Origin: Mustelus asterias
Lineage: Eukaryota
Assembly (NCBI RefSeq): GCF_964213995.1
Contig: NC_135808.1
Location: 4,216,001-4,280,000 of the forward strand
Length of the DNA: 64,000 bases
Reading direction: 5' to 3'
Shown: in pieces, positions 36,120-48,925 of the stretch
Position numbering within the stretch: the first letter of the stretch is position 1
Layout: each line of letters opens with the position of its first letter
Program-made: the position numbers and the translations under genes
Notes under the pieces: model-generated
Told to the model about the DNA's origin: nothing
What the model saw: the letters and a program-made list of their open reading frames with translations, nothing else
Database searches by the model: none

Positions 36120-36780
36120 CACCTCGGGGCCTGGGGCTGACCTCGGGCCCTCGAACTGAGCTCAGCCTTGGACCAGGCCTCGGGCCTGGGGCTGAACCCG
36201 GGGCCTGGGGCTCACCTCGGGGCCTGGGACTCACCTCGGGGCCTGGGGCTGAGTTCAGCCTTGGACCAGGCCTCGGGGGCCTGGAGCTGACCTCGGGGCT
36301 TGGGGCTCACTTCGGGCCTGCAGCTAATTTCGGGGCCTGGGGCTGACCTCGGGGCTTGGGGCTCACTTCGGGCCTGGAGCTAATTTCGGGGCCTGGGGCT
36401 GACCTCGGGGCCTGGGGCTCACCTCGGGCCTGGAGCTAATTTCGGGGCCTGGGGCTGACCTCGGGGCCTGGAGCTAATTTCGGGGCCTGGGGCTGACCTC
36501 GGAGCCTGGGGCTCACCTCGGGGCCTGGAGCTAATTTCGGGGCCTGGGGCTGACCTCGGGGCCTGGATTTGAGTTCAGCCTTGGACCAGGCTTTCGGCCT
36601 GGAGCTGAGTTCTATCCTGGACCTACAGCTGACCTTGGGCCTGGAGCCGACCTCGAGGCTTGGAGCTGAGTTCAGTCCTGGCTCAAGCCTGGGCTTGGAT
36701 CTGAGCTTAGGTCCATCAGCCCAGGATTTGAATTTGGTCCCCTGAACTTGGGCCTGAACCGGAATCAAGCCTGGGACTGA
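36120..36780. repeat. Degenerate 18-19-bp G-rich repeat (ggggcctggggctgacctc / ggagctaatttc)
   Basis: Tandem variant units. Confidence 0.85.
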
Positions 36781-37114
36781 GCTGATAGAGAGTAACAGGC
36801 AAGCCTCATAACTGTCCTCAATTCTCTGCAAATGCAAGTTGTTCAGAACCCTCTATGGCTGTGGCCATTACAAAGGTCACTGTGCATCAGTCACGTCCTG
36901 GGAGGTGAGTGCATTAGGAGGCATAGGGGGGAGAGGCCGTCAGCCTCAGGATCCTGCTCTGTTCAGCAACAGTGACCCGCACGCTTACTGTCAGATGGCC
37001 GAGGATTATTCCGGGATTTGGGATTAGGAATCAAGAAAGAGGACATGTCCGCCTGCTGATGTTGATACAAATTTGCTCAGCTATCCAGGCAGATGTTCGA
37101 ATTGGAAAACTCAC

Positions 37115-37135
37115 CAACAGCAACTTGGAGCATGG
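37115..37135 (-). CDS. BTN gene A 21-nt heptad micro-exon (SMLQVAV)
   Basis: cttttctttcag|CCATG...GTTG|gtgagt. Confidence 0.8.
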
Positions 37136-37965
37136 CTGAAAGAAAAGCAGAAAAGAAATGTCAGCCGAGAGCAGAGTAACAGACTGGGAATCTTGGCCTA
37201 GCAGCTCTTAGTTAGCGCAAAGCCTATTGGTCAATTAAATCAGTACTGACACCTCAAACTCCCACCAATCCCTTCACGGCAAGCTGTTCCCTTGTTGGCC
37301 ATCTACAAGTATTAATTTAGGTCAGTATTTATTGCCCATCCCCAGTTGCCCTTGTTCAGAGGGCAGTTGAGAGTCAATGACCTCGCTGTGGCTCCGGAGT
37401 CACGTGTAGGCCAGACCGGGTAAGGACGGCAGATTTCCTTCCCTAAAGGACATCAGTCTTCCAGATGGGATTCAAACCCGTGTCCCCAGAGCATTATCCT
37501 GGGATTCTGATTACCATCCGAATACCACTAGGCCAGCGCCTCCCCGACACAGAATACTCTGGAACATAGTGGTCTGTCCATCATTGGAGATATCCCAAAA
37601 TGGCCTGAGAATCAACCCGGCATTTCCCTGGTGGCGGGGAGAAGGGGGGGGCTGGATTTTGGTGGGGGTCCGTGCATGCGTGGTTTATAGGATAGTTGGC
37701 CATTTAAATCCCCTGTAACAAGTTAGAGCAAGGGCTGTATCTTACATGCCCTTGCTCGGTGTGTTTCCTCCCAGGGTGAGGTCGGCATATGAAACAGGGT
37801 GTGTGCCCACCCTACCGCCACCCCCCCCCCCCCCCCCCCCACCCCCAAGCTCACCCCCAAATCCAGCAGCCCACCCACCTTGTCGAAATTGGTAACCAAG
37901 TGTCAATTAGGCCAAGTCCACCAAGTCAAACGACTCGGATACTCCACACTCCAACACATAGGACG

Positions 37966-39577
37966 AGGTACTGGGGTTCTTGAGGAACATTAAGGTAGAC
38001 AAGTCCCCAGGGCCTGATGGGATATACCCCAAAATACTGAGAGAAGCAAGGGAGGAAATTGCTGGGGCCTTGAGAGAAATCTTTGAATCTTCACTGGCTA
38101 CAGGGAAGGTCCCAGAGGATTGGAGAATAGCCAATGTTGTTCCTTTGTTTAAGAAGGGTAGCAAGAATGATCCAGGTAATTACAGGCCGGTGAGCCTTAC
38201 GCCAGTGGTAGAGAAATTATTGGAGAGGATTCTTCGAGACAGGATTTATTCCCACTTGGAAATAAGTGGACGTATCAGTGAGAGGCAACATGGTTTTATG
38301 AAGGGGAGGTCATGTCCCATTAACTTGATCGAGTTTTTCGAGGAAGTGACGAAGATGATTGATGAGGGTAGGGCAGTGGATGTTGTCTACATGGACTTCA
38401 GTAAGGCCTTTGACAAGGTCCCTCATGGCAGACTGGTGCAGAAGGTGAAGTCGCACGGGATCAGAGGTGAGCTGGCTACGTGGATACAAAACTGGCTCGG
38501 TCAAAGAAGACAGAGGGTAGCAGTGGAAGGATGCGTTTCTGAATGGAGGGCTGTGACAAGTGGTGTTCCTCAGGGATCAATGCTGGGACCTTTGCTGTTT
38601 GTAATATATATAAATGATTTGGAGGAAAATGTAACTGGTTTGATTAGTAAGTTTGTAGACGACACAAAGGTTGGTGGATTTGCAGACAGTGATGAGGACC
38701 ATCAGAGGATACAGCAGGATATAAATCAGTTGGAGACATGGGCGGAGAGGTGGCAGATGGAGTTTAATCTGAACAAATGTGAGGTAATGCATTTTGGAAG
38801 GTCTAATACAGATAGGAAATATACAGTAAATAGCAGAACCCTTTAGTGTATTGATAGGCAAAGGGATCTGGGTGTACAGGTACACAGGTCACTGAAATTG
38901 GCAATGTAGGTGGAGAAGGTAGTCAAGAAGGCATACGGCATGCTTGCCTTTATTCGCCAGGGCATTGAGTTTAAAAATTGGCAAGTCATGTTGCAGCTTT
39001 ATAGAACCTTAGTTCAGGCCGCATTTGGAATATAGTGTTCAATTCTGGTCGCCACACTACCAGAAGGATATAGAGGCTTTGGAGAGAGTACAGAAAAGAT
39101 TTACCAGGATGTTGCCTGGTATGGAGGGCATCAGCTATGAGGAGAGGTTGGAGAAACTTAGTTTGTTCTCACTGGAACGACGGAGGTTGAGGGGAGACCT
39201 GATAGAAGCCTATAAGATTATGAGATGCATGGACAGAGTGGATAGTCAGAAGCTTTTACCCAGGGTGGAAGAGTCAATTACTAGGGGGCACAGGTTTAAG
39301 GTGCGAGGGGCAAGGTTTAAAGGAGATGTACGAGGCAGATTTTCTTTTTTACACAGAGGGTGGTGGGTGCCTGGAACTTGTTGCCAGGGGAGGTAGTGGA
39401 AGCAGATATGATAGTGACTTTTAAGGGGCGTCTTGACAAATACATGAATAGGATGGGAATAGAAGGATATGGTCCCTGGAAGGGTAGGGGGTTTTAGTTA
39501 AGTTGGGTAGCATGGTTGGTGCAGGCTTGGTGGGCCGAAGGGCCTGTTCCTGTGCTGTAATTCTCTTTGTTCTTTGT
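37966..39577 (+). mobile_element. 5'-truncated CR1 LINE (RT region)
   Basis: KSPGPDG, YRPVSLT, MDFSKAFDKV, PQGS and FVDD, with stops and frameshifts downstream. Confidence 0.95.
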
Positions 39578-40299
39578 AAACCGGGAATGGGGAATGTGGG
39601 GTAAGAGGGGAGAGAGTCGGTGGGATGTTGGTTTGGTTTTATTGGTGGTTCTTATTGATCTGAATGCAATGCCAGGGTAGAGAGGCAACACCCGCGCCCA
39701 GTCCGCCCCTGTACCCATTCCGGGGTCACCAGTACCCATTCCGGGGTCACCTGTACCCATTCCGGGGTCACCTGTACCCATTCCGGGGTCACCTGTACCA
39801 ACTCGTTTGGCAACCAGAGTCCCTCCCTCACACCTCCCCCAACCACCCCCTCCTCCCCTCCCCACCCCTCCACCACCCACTCCAGCTTCCCCCACCCCAC
39901 CCCCCTCCTCCCCTCCCTCACCCCCCCAATCACACGCTCCGGCTTCCCCTACCCCCCACCTACAACCTGCTCCGGCCTCCCCCACCCCTCTCCCCTTCCA
40001 AACCCCCCACACCCACCACCCGCTCCGGCCTCCCATCGCCCACCCGCCCCCCCCCCCCTCCCCCCCACCCCCGAAAGGAGAACCTGAAATTCCCAGCTGC
40101 CAGTGGCCATTTTGAAAAGTGGGATTTGCCGATCCGGGAAAGTTCCCGACTCTGCAGCCAGCCCAGGGATGAGGATCTGGGCCCGGATCCCAGTCACTCT
40201 GGAACACAGGGAATGCCGCAGCAACACTGCCCCGGATGCCTTATGGCGTTCCAATCACTTTCTAAACTGGATACTTTGGAACATTCCACATAGACAATG

Positions 40300-41100
40300 A
40301 GAAATAGGAACAGGAGTAGGCCATTCAGCCCCTCAAGCCTGCTCCGCCATTCAGTAGGATCATGGCTGATCCGACTTTCCTCACGTCCTTTTCCTTGCCC
40401 TTTCCTCATAATACTTGACTCTCTTAATGATCAAGAATCTCTCTATCTCAGCCTTATGTACTCACAAAGACTCTGTCCCCACAGCTCTCTGAGGCACAGA
40501 GTTACAAAGACTCACAACCCTCCGAGAGAAGAAATTCCTCCTTATCTCAGTCTTAAGTTGGTGCCCCCCTTTATTCTGAGACGATGCCCTCTGGTCCGAG
40601 ACTCTCCCATGAGGGGGAACATCCTCTCAGCATTTACCCTGTCAGGCTCCTTAATAATCCTCGATGTTTCATTGAGATTACATCTCATTCTTCTCAATTC
40701 CAATGAGCAGAGTCCCAACCTGTTCAACCTTTCCTCATTGGACAATCCCTCCATGTTGGGTGTAATCATAGTGAACTTTCTCTGAAATGCCTCCAATGAA
40801 ATAATTTCCTCAAACAAGGGGAAACTCAACACAGTGCTCCAGATGTGGCTCACCGGTACCTTACACAATTGCAGCAAGATTTCCCTACTCTTATACTCCA
40901 ACCCCCTTGAAATAAGGGCCAACATTCCATGAGCCTTCCTGATTACCTGCTGCCGCTGTGTGCTCGCTTCCTGTGTTTTGTGCATAAGTATCCTCAAGTC
41001 CCTTTCTGCAGTTTTTCTCCATGTGAATAATACTCTGTTCTTTCCTTCTCCCTTCCAACAGGAACAGCTTCACACATTCAACTTCATTTGCCAACTTACT
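40300..41100 (-). mobile_element. Decayed CR1 3' fragment
   Basis: QQVIRKAHGMLALISRGLEYK, ERLNRLGL..LE.RRMR. Confidence 0.85.
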
Positions 41101-41177
41101 TAACATCTCTCATCCGATGCCCAATGTCTGACACTGAATGTTCTGGATCATTCCACATTTACAGATCGTGGAGCTAT

Positions 41178-41858
41178 CAGTCAACGGGGACGAAGTAGAA
41201 AGGGTCGAGAGCTTTAAGTTTTTAGGTGTCCAGATCACCAACAACCTGTCCTGGTCCCCCCCATGCCGACACTATAGTTAAGAAAGCCCACCAACGCCTC
41301 TACTTTCTCAGAAGACTAAGGAAATTTGGCATGTCAGCTATGATTCTCACCAACTTTTACAGATGCACCATAGAAAGCATTCTTTCTGGTTGTATCGCAG
41401 CTTGGTCTGGCTCCTGCTCTGCCCAAGACCGCAAGGAACTACAAAAGGTCGGGAATGTAGCCCAATCCATCGCCCAAACCAGTCTCCCATCCATTGACTC
41501 TGTCTACACTTCCCGCTGCCTCGGAAAAGCAGCCAGCATAATTAAGGAACCCACGCACCTGGACATTCTCTCTTCCACCTTCTTCCATCGGGAAAAAGAT
41601 ACAAAAGTCTGAGGTCACGTACCAACCGACTCAAGAACAGCTTCTTCCCTGCTGCTATCAGACTTTTGAATGGACCTACCTCACATTAAATTGATCTTTC
41701 TCTCCACTCAGGCTATAACCAAATGCTGCACTCTCTCCTTTCCTTCTCTATGAACGGTATGCTTTGTCTGTACAGCGCGCAAGAAATAATATTTTTCACT
41801 GAATGCTAATACACGCGACAATAATAAATCAAATCAAATCAAATCAAATCAAATCAAA
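41178..41858 (+). mobile_element. Rex1/Babar-type LINE 3' fragment with (AAATC)n tail (second copy 49205-49692)
   Basis: VKKAHQRLYFLRRLRKFGMS...FYRCTIESILSGCI, RLKNSFFPAAIRLLN. Confidence 0.8.
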
Positions 41859-41867
41859 GACTCTTAC

Positions 41868-41894
41868 ATTGCTTGTCCATTACAGCCTTGAATT
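41868..41894 (-). CDS. BTN gene A 27-nt micro-exon (EFKAVMDKQ)
   Basis: tttttcttgtag|AATTC...CAAT|gtaaga. Confidence 0.8.
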
Positions 41895-43620
41895 CTACAA
41901 GAAAAAGAACAAGAGTCAATGGACAGCCATTCTTAACAATAACTTGCATTTACATAGCGCCTGTAACAACATTCAACATCCCGAGACATTTCGCCAGAGT
42001 GTTATGTGGAGGCCAAGTCACTGATTGTATGTAAGAAGGAAACAGGTCAATTTGGAGGCTCTATAGGTGTGAAGGGGTACAGATGGGGGTGGGGAAGGGA
42101 GCACGGGTGCATCTCACTGACACAGGATCAGCCATGGTCACGTTCACTGATGATTTTGCACAATGTTCAGCACCATTCGCGACTCCTCAGATACTGAAGC
42201 AGTTCATGTCCAAACGCAGCAAGATCTGGACAATATCCAGGCTTGGGCTGACAAGTAGCAAGTAACATTCACGCCACACAAGTGCCAGGCAATGCCCACC
42301 TCCAACAAGAGAGGATCGAACCATTAGTCCCAGGCATTACCATCACTGAATCCCCCACTATCAACATCCCGGGGGTTACAATTGACCAGAAACTGAACTG
42401 GACTTGCATATAAATACTGCGACTACCAGAGCAGGTCGATGTAGGAATCCTGTAGTTAGTTACTCAGCTCCCCTCCCCCTAACCCCCTCCCAACCCCCCA
42501 AAGCCTGTCCACCATCTACAAGACACAAGTCAGGAGTGTGATGGACTACTCCCCACTTGCCTGGATGGGTGCAGCTCCAACAACACTCAAGAAGCTCGAC
42601 ACCATCCAGGACAAAGCAGCCCCGCTTGATTGGCACCACATCCACAAACATTCTCTCCCTCCACCACTGACGCTCAGTAGCAGCAGTGTGTACCATCTAC
42701 AAGATGCACTGCAGCAACTCACCAAGGATCCTTAGACAGCATCTTCCAAACCCACAAGCACTACCATCCAGAAGGACACGGGCAGCAGATAGCTGGGAAC
42801 ACCCCCACCTGGAGGTTCCCCTCTCCAAGTCAGTCATCATCCTTCACTGTCGCTGGGTCAAAATCCTGGAATTTCCTTCCTAACAGCACTGTGGGTGGGC
42901 CTACACCTCAGGGACTGCAACGGGTTCAAGAAGGCAGCTCACCACCACCTTCTCAAGGGACGACTGGGAATGGGCAATAAATACTGGTCTGGCCAGTGAC
43001 GCCCACATCCCGTCAATGAATAAAAAGAATGGTGGAGCAGGATTGAAGGGCCGAAAGGACTGCTCCTGCTTCTATTTTTCTATGTTTCTGGTTTATCAAA
43101 TAAAGTTAGACAGTCGGCAACCTAAGGATCGATTTCCCAAAGGCTGGATTATATTTCGGATTTCCAGCATCTGCAGTATTTTACCTCTATTTGAGGTGGA
43201 GGATTTGCGGGGACGGGAGTTGGTCGCTGTCAGTGAGCGCACAGCTGACAGCAGAACTGGGGTTAACCAGTTAACTAGTGGTATTAACTATTAAGGAGAC
43301 TCGGTGAACCCGCTCACTAACATTTCCCGAGGTCTGGAACATACAGTCAGCCTCCAGCTACACAAAATCCTTGTTTACAGCTTTCAGTGATAAAGGAGCC
43401 TGGACTCCCACTGAGAGGCCTGGAGACAGGGCTGAGCTTTACGGTCTTGGGCAGGACGATGACACCTCAGACAGTGCGGCATTCCCTCAGCACGGCCCTC
43501 GGAGTGCGTCAACCTTAATCATTCTGCTCACGTGTCTGGAACGGGATTTGCATGTACAACCTTCAAGGTGACAGTGCTCCCCATTGGGCTGTAGCTAGCA
43601 CTCGAATACAAGTGAGGGAG

Positions 43621-44082
43621 GGCAGGTAAAGGTGGCAGGGGCAGAGGGTAAAGGTGGCAGGGGCAGAGGGTAAAGGTGGCAGGGGCAGAGGGTAAAGGTG
43701 GCAGGGGCAGAGGGTAAAGGTGGCAGGGGCAGAGGGTAAAGGTGGCAGGGGCAGAGGGTAAAGGTGGCAGGGGCAGAGGGTAAAGGTGGCAGGGGCAGAG
43801 GGTAAAGGTGGCAGGGGCAGAGGGTAAAGGTGGCAGGGGCAGAGGGTAAAGGTGGCAGGGGCAGAGGGTAAAGGTGGCAGGGGCAGAGGGTAAAGGTGGC
43901 AGGGGCAGAGGGTAAAGGTGGCAGGGGCAGAGGGTAAAGGTGGCAGGGGCAGAGGGTAAAGGTGGCAGGGGCAGAGGGTAAAGGTGGCAGGGGCAGAGGG
44001 TAAAGGTGGCAGGGGCAGAGGGTAAAGGTGGCAGGGGCAGAGGGTAAAGGTGGCAGGGGCAGAGGGTAAAGGTGGCAGGGGC
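43621..44082. repeat. Near-perfect 21-bp minisatellite (gggtaaaggtggcaggggcag a), about 22 units
   Basis: Invariant tandem units. Confidence 0.97.
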
Positions 44083-44107
44083 AATATGTAAATTGAGTGT
44101 TACTTAC

Positions 44108-44134
44108 CTTTCAATGATGGCCGTTTGCGAAGCT
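44108..44134 (-). CDS. BTN gene A 27-nt micro-exon (ELRKRPSLK)
   Basis: ttctctttcag|AGCTT...AAAG|gtaagt. Confidence 0.85.
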
Positions 44135-44182
44135 CTGAAAGAGAACAGAGAGGTTTACACACATGTTGCACTGTTTGATCAC

Positions 44183-44738
44183 TCACACACATGTACACAT
44201 TCACACACACNNNNNNNNNNNNNNNNNNNNNNNNNNNNNNNNNNNNNNNNNNNNNNNNNNNNNNNNNNNNNNNNNNNNNNNNNNNNNNNNNNNNNNNNNN
44301 NNNNNNNNNNNNNNNNNNNNNNNNNNNNNNNNNNNNNNNNNNNNNNNNNNNNNNNNNNNNNNNNNNNNNNNNNNNNNNNNNNNNNNNNNNNNNNNNNNNN
44401 NNNNNNNNNNNNNNNNNNNNNNNNNNNNNNNNNNNNNNNNNNNNNNNNNNNNNNNNNNNNNNNNNNNNNNNNNNNNNNNNNNNNNNNNNNNNNNNNNNNN
44501 NNNNNGCGCGCGCACACGCGCGCGCACACGCGCGCGCGCACACGCGCGCGCACACACGCGCNNNNNNNNNNNNNNNNNNNNNNNNNNNNNNNNNNNNNNN
44601 NNNNNNNNNNNNNNNNNNNNNNNNNNNNNNNNNNNNNNNNNNNNNNNNNNNNNNNNNNNNNNNNNNNNNNNNNNNNNNNNNNNNNNNNNNNNNNNACACA
44701 CACACACGCGCGTACACACACACACACGCGCGTACACA
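44183..44738. repeat. (CA)n/(CG)n alternating purine-pyrimidine tract interrupted by N gaps
   Basis: cacacac...gcgcgcgcacacgcg; N runs at 44211-44505 and 44562-44695. Confidence 0.85.
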
Positions 44739-44889
44739 TTTAATGGGATGTGGGCATTTCTGGCTCGGGCAGCATTCATTGCCAATCCCTAACTGCCCTC
44801 AGGGACTGCAGCAGTTCAAGGCAGCTCACCACCACCTTTGGAGGGCAATTAGGGATGGGCAGTAACATAAGGCACAGATATCCCATCCC

Positions 44890-45510
44890 TCAATACCTCC
44901 CCCGTCTTCCAATAACTCCCCACGTCTCCAAATAACCCCCGTCTCCCAATATCCCCCCCGTCTCCCAATATCCCCCCCGTCTCCCAATATCCCCCCCGTC
45001 TCCCAATATCCCCCCCGTCTCCCAATATCCCCCCCGTCTCCCAATATCCCCCCCCCGTCTCCCAATATCCCCCCCCCGTCTCCCAATATCCCCCCGTCTC
45101 CCAATATCCCCCCCGTCTCCCAATATCCCCCCCGTCTCCCAATATCCCCCCCGTCTCCCAATATCCCCCCCGTCTCCCAATATCCCCCCCGTCTCCCAAT
45201 ATCCCCCCCCGTCTCCCAATATCCCCCCCCGTCTCCCAATATCCCCCCGTCTCCCAATATCCCCCCATCTCCCAATACCCTCCCCCCCCCCCCGTCTTCC
45301 AATATCCCCCCGTCTTCCAATATCCCCCCGTCTCCCAATATCCCCCCGTCTCCCAATATCCCCCCGTCTCCCAATATCCCCCCGTCTCCCAATATCCCCC
45401 CGTCTCCCAATATCCCCCCGTCTCCCAATATCCCCCCATCTCCCAATACCCTCCCCCCTCCCCCCCGTCTTCCAATATCCCCCCGTCTTCCAATATGCCC
45501 CCATCTCCAG
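44890..45510. repeat. About 19-bp C-rich minisatellite (tctcccaatatcccccccg)
   Basis: Tandem units with a variable C-run. Confidence 0.95.
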
Positions 45511-45596
45511 GGACCACCTTGCCTCACAATAATGTCCTGCCTTCCAATGACATCCCACCTCAGAATGGGGCCCTCTCAGGGGCCAGTCTGCCTCAC

Positions 45597-45716
45597 CTTC
45601 CATATTTTTCCACTCTCTGTACTGATAGAATGCCGCTGCGCCCAATATTGCGATGAATAAAATGAATAACAAGATGAATGCGGTGAAGAATTTCGACATC
45701 CGGGGGAAGAACTCAT
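45597..45716 (-). CDS. BTN gene A transmembrane exon (DEFFPRMSKFFTAFILLFILFIAILGAAAFYQYREWKNME)
   Basis: 120 nt, ctgttcccag| and |gtgagg, hydrophobic helix. Confidence 0.92.
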
Positions 45717-45959
45717 CTGGGAACAGAAGGAAGATTTCCGTTTATTAAATTACCCGCGGTCCTTACCCTCAATTCACTCCTTGTGCCGTCAACAAAACCT
45801 TCCCACCACCATTTATACCTTTATTTAGAAACTCTAACAGCGTCACACAGAGTGCTCGCAGTCGGCAGTCTACCCCCAGGGGTGTCAGAGGAACTGACAC
45901 TCCCAGTTAAGTACAAGGCAAAGACTCCCTGATTGGCCCAACAATTGGACCCAATCTTT

Positions 45960-46350
45960 TTGGCCACTCAAATAAACTAACTCAAATTATCTCAGGGACA
46001 AACTAAAAAGGGCAGCTCCCAAAAGGAAACTTAAAACATCAAATTAAAATGCGATTTAAGGGCTCAACAATGCAACCCAGTCCCTGCGGTGCCCAGCGGG
46101 CACGGAAGGCGCTAACGGTGCCCTCAGATACCGCATGCTCCCTCCCCGGCTGCGAATATAGCCGCAGTAGAAGGGCAGACAGTCGGGTCAGATTATCCCC
46201 TCGGTCGCCGGCTGCCTGGACTTCTAGATGGCAAGCTTTGCCAGGGCCACCAATTGGATCTGAAATCAGGGAGCTCATACTCCAATAGGCCAACCCCAAT
46301 GGCCTGATTGAAGCCATTACACAGTCTCTCCCCAGATTGAGCCCTGCTCA
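45960..46350 (-). mobile_element. L1/Tx1-like LINE 3' remnant (short second copy at about 13790-13960 +)
   Basis: REHAVSEGTVSAFRARWAPQGLGCIVEPLNRILI* is shared by both copies; clade assignment is from recollection. Confidence 0.5.
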
Positions 46351-48646
46351 TGGAGAGTAACAATGGATACATTTGCGTCACTTTGGGGGAGTGGGGCACT
46401 CGGCCTATGTCACGGTTTCCCCTCTCGAGGAGCCCTCCGCTTCACATTTTGCCCCTAATCTCCCACTCAGACTCTTTGTTAAAAGGTCTGAAGTTTCCTC
46501 ACTCTATTAACCAGCACAGCCGCCCTGTAGAAAGGATTTTGTTTTTAACTGCTTTACTTTCAAAGATTCATCAGCTCGATTCGTGGGATGGCAGGGTTGC
46601 TGTACGAGGAGAGATTGAATCGACTAGTCCTGTCTTCACAGGAGGTAAGAAGATTGAGAGGGGATCTTATTGAAACGTATAGAATCCTGACAGGGCTGGG
46701 CAGACTGGGTACAGGGATGTTGTTTCACAGGAGTTCACAGTCTCAGGATAACGGGTCAGCCACTGAAACAAGGAGAACATCTTCACTCAGAGCCTGGTGA
46801 CCCTGTGGAATTCTCTGCCATAGAAGCGTGGAGGCCAAATCACTGAGTATATTTAAGAAGGAAATAGATTTTCTAACACTAAGAGGCGTCACGGGAGATG
46901 GTGGGGAGATGGAGGATCATCCATGATCATGTTGAATCGGAGAGCAGGCTCAAAAGGCTGAATGGCCTCCTCCTGATCCTAGTTTCTATGTTTCTAACGC
47001 AGACCAGGTCAATCAGATCTCTTCATAACCATCTCTATTTTAACATGAGGTACTCGAGAGACTGACAGTCGCCTCTCCTCCCCCCCCTCCGCATGGACAT
47101 GAGTGTAAAATGACAAATGGGCCAAACTGCGGCAAGTACAGTTCAGTGGAGGTGATGAGGGCGCATTAGTCATTTTGGACCAACAACACGGAGCAGTGGA
47201 GCTGAAAGAGTTTCAGGAGCCCCCCCCATGCAGACTGAAATACCATGGTCAGGTAAAAACTGACTTAAAATACATGAATGGATTATTCACCTTCATGAAG
47301 GGCTAGAATATAAACTGGAGGGGGTTTTTCTTTTTTACAATAGTGACTCCCCCTCGCCGAAAACAACAGGTGTCAGCTCAATCCATCATTTCAAATTTTG
47401 TCTACTGCTTAAACCAAAAGAGACACACTGTCGAAGTTTTTCATCTTAGACTCATCAGGGCAGATGCCAAATTTCAAAGGGAGCAACAAGTTATGCTGCA
47501 TGAGAAAAGGGTGATGATTGGTCGGCAAGTCGAATCTGAAGAATTCACCAGGGAACTATTGTCCCCGCCCCACGCCTTTGTTAAATTCAAAAAATGATGG
47601 AACGCCCAGCCATGTTCCTTTTGCCTGCAGAGGAGAGGTCCCTGTGTACAACTATATGTAGTTTGAATATAAGGGGGGTAACTATATGGTCCTATTTGAA
47701 ATTTGAGGCGTAGGAACAAGAGGAAGTCCCTCAAGTGTGTTCTGCCATTCAGTGGCCTAACCTACATCCCTATTTTTGTCCCATTTTGCTTAAGAAAATA
47801 TCTGTCAGCCTCAGGTTTAAAGTTAGCAACCAAGCTGACATCAATCGCCTTTTGCAGAAGAGAATTTCAAACTTGTGCACCCATCGCGTGTAGAAGTGTT
47901 CCCTCAGTTTAATTTGGCTCAAATTCTTTGCTGTGTCCCCACACACTGGAAGGAATTTTTCATAATCTACTCCACTCCCTTCAATATCTTAAAAAAAATC
48001 AATCCAGTTACTCCTCAACCTTCCAAATTCCAGATGCAGATCCCTCCTTTGTGTAATCGCTCCTGGTGGGTTAGGTCGGGGTAAGATTGTGTTAGATCAC
48101 AGATCAGCTCTGATCTCACTGGGACAGGCTGGAGTGGGCTGAATGGTCTCCTGTTGGTCCCCATGTCCTGACCCTCACCCCCAGCATTCTCCCCTCACTT
48201 GGTCAAAGGAGAATTTCCGTAGCAACTCTTGTGACCTCAGCGCTTCCCAAAGTGCTTTGCAGCCAATCAGGTGCGGTCAATGTTGAAAAGTAGGCAACAT
48301 GGCAGCCAATGTGCACACAGCAAGATCCCACCAATGTCATTAAGGTCATGACCAAGTCTTCTGTTTTAATGTTGAAGTGCATAAATATTGGTCAGGAGTG
48401 CAGAGATTATGTCTCCGCACCTCTTCAAAGTAGTGGCCTTAGAGAGCTCAGTTTAAGCGCACCGCTGACAGTGCGGCACTCCCTCAGTAAGGCGTCTGAG
48501 TGTCAGTCTAGGGCTGACAGGTGTCTGGGATGGGTACACAAACCATAGCAAAGCATTTATGTGGATGTGAGACACTTTGGGAGGTTCCATGGCTGCTCTG
48601 GATAATGTCCCTGTCTACAATTCCGCGCGCACTCCGTCATACTGAC

Positions 48647-48925
48647 CGGGAATGTTCAGGCTGCTCTCCTGGGAACGTTTCAGGGTCACACTGCTCACCA
48701 GGCAGCTAAAGGTGTTGGTGGAGCCGCTGGTCACCTCGACGGTGCTGGAAATGCTGAAGAGGCCGTCAATGCCCTTCACCGTCCTGGTCCTGGCTTTCTC
48801 CGTCATGCCATCCTCACCTACCCAGCGCAACTCGGGAGGCGGGTACCAGCGGGAGGAATTACACTGGAGGCCGATCCCCTCCGCGTGGTAACCGTCCAAT
48901 TGTAACGCAGGACGCTGGCCGAAAC
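48647..48925 (-). CDS. BTN gene A IgC (B7-type) exon
   Basis: SFGQRPALQLDGYHAEGIGLQCNSSRWYPPPELRW...DGLFSISSTV...FSCLV; 279 nt, phase 1-1. Confidence 0.94.

Noticed and set aside
44072-44865. ORFs spanning N runs (also 13961-14250)
   Set aside because: Artefacts of assembly gaps and dinucleotide repeats.
44826-45596. Gly/Arg-rich cytoplasmic tail following the gene A TM
   Set aside because: Intron read-through into a minisatellite past the G|GTGAGG donor; a proper exon chain to B30.2 exists.
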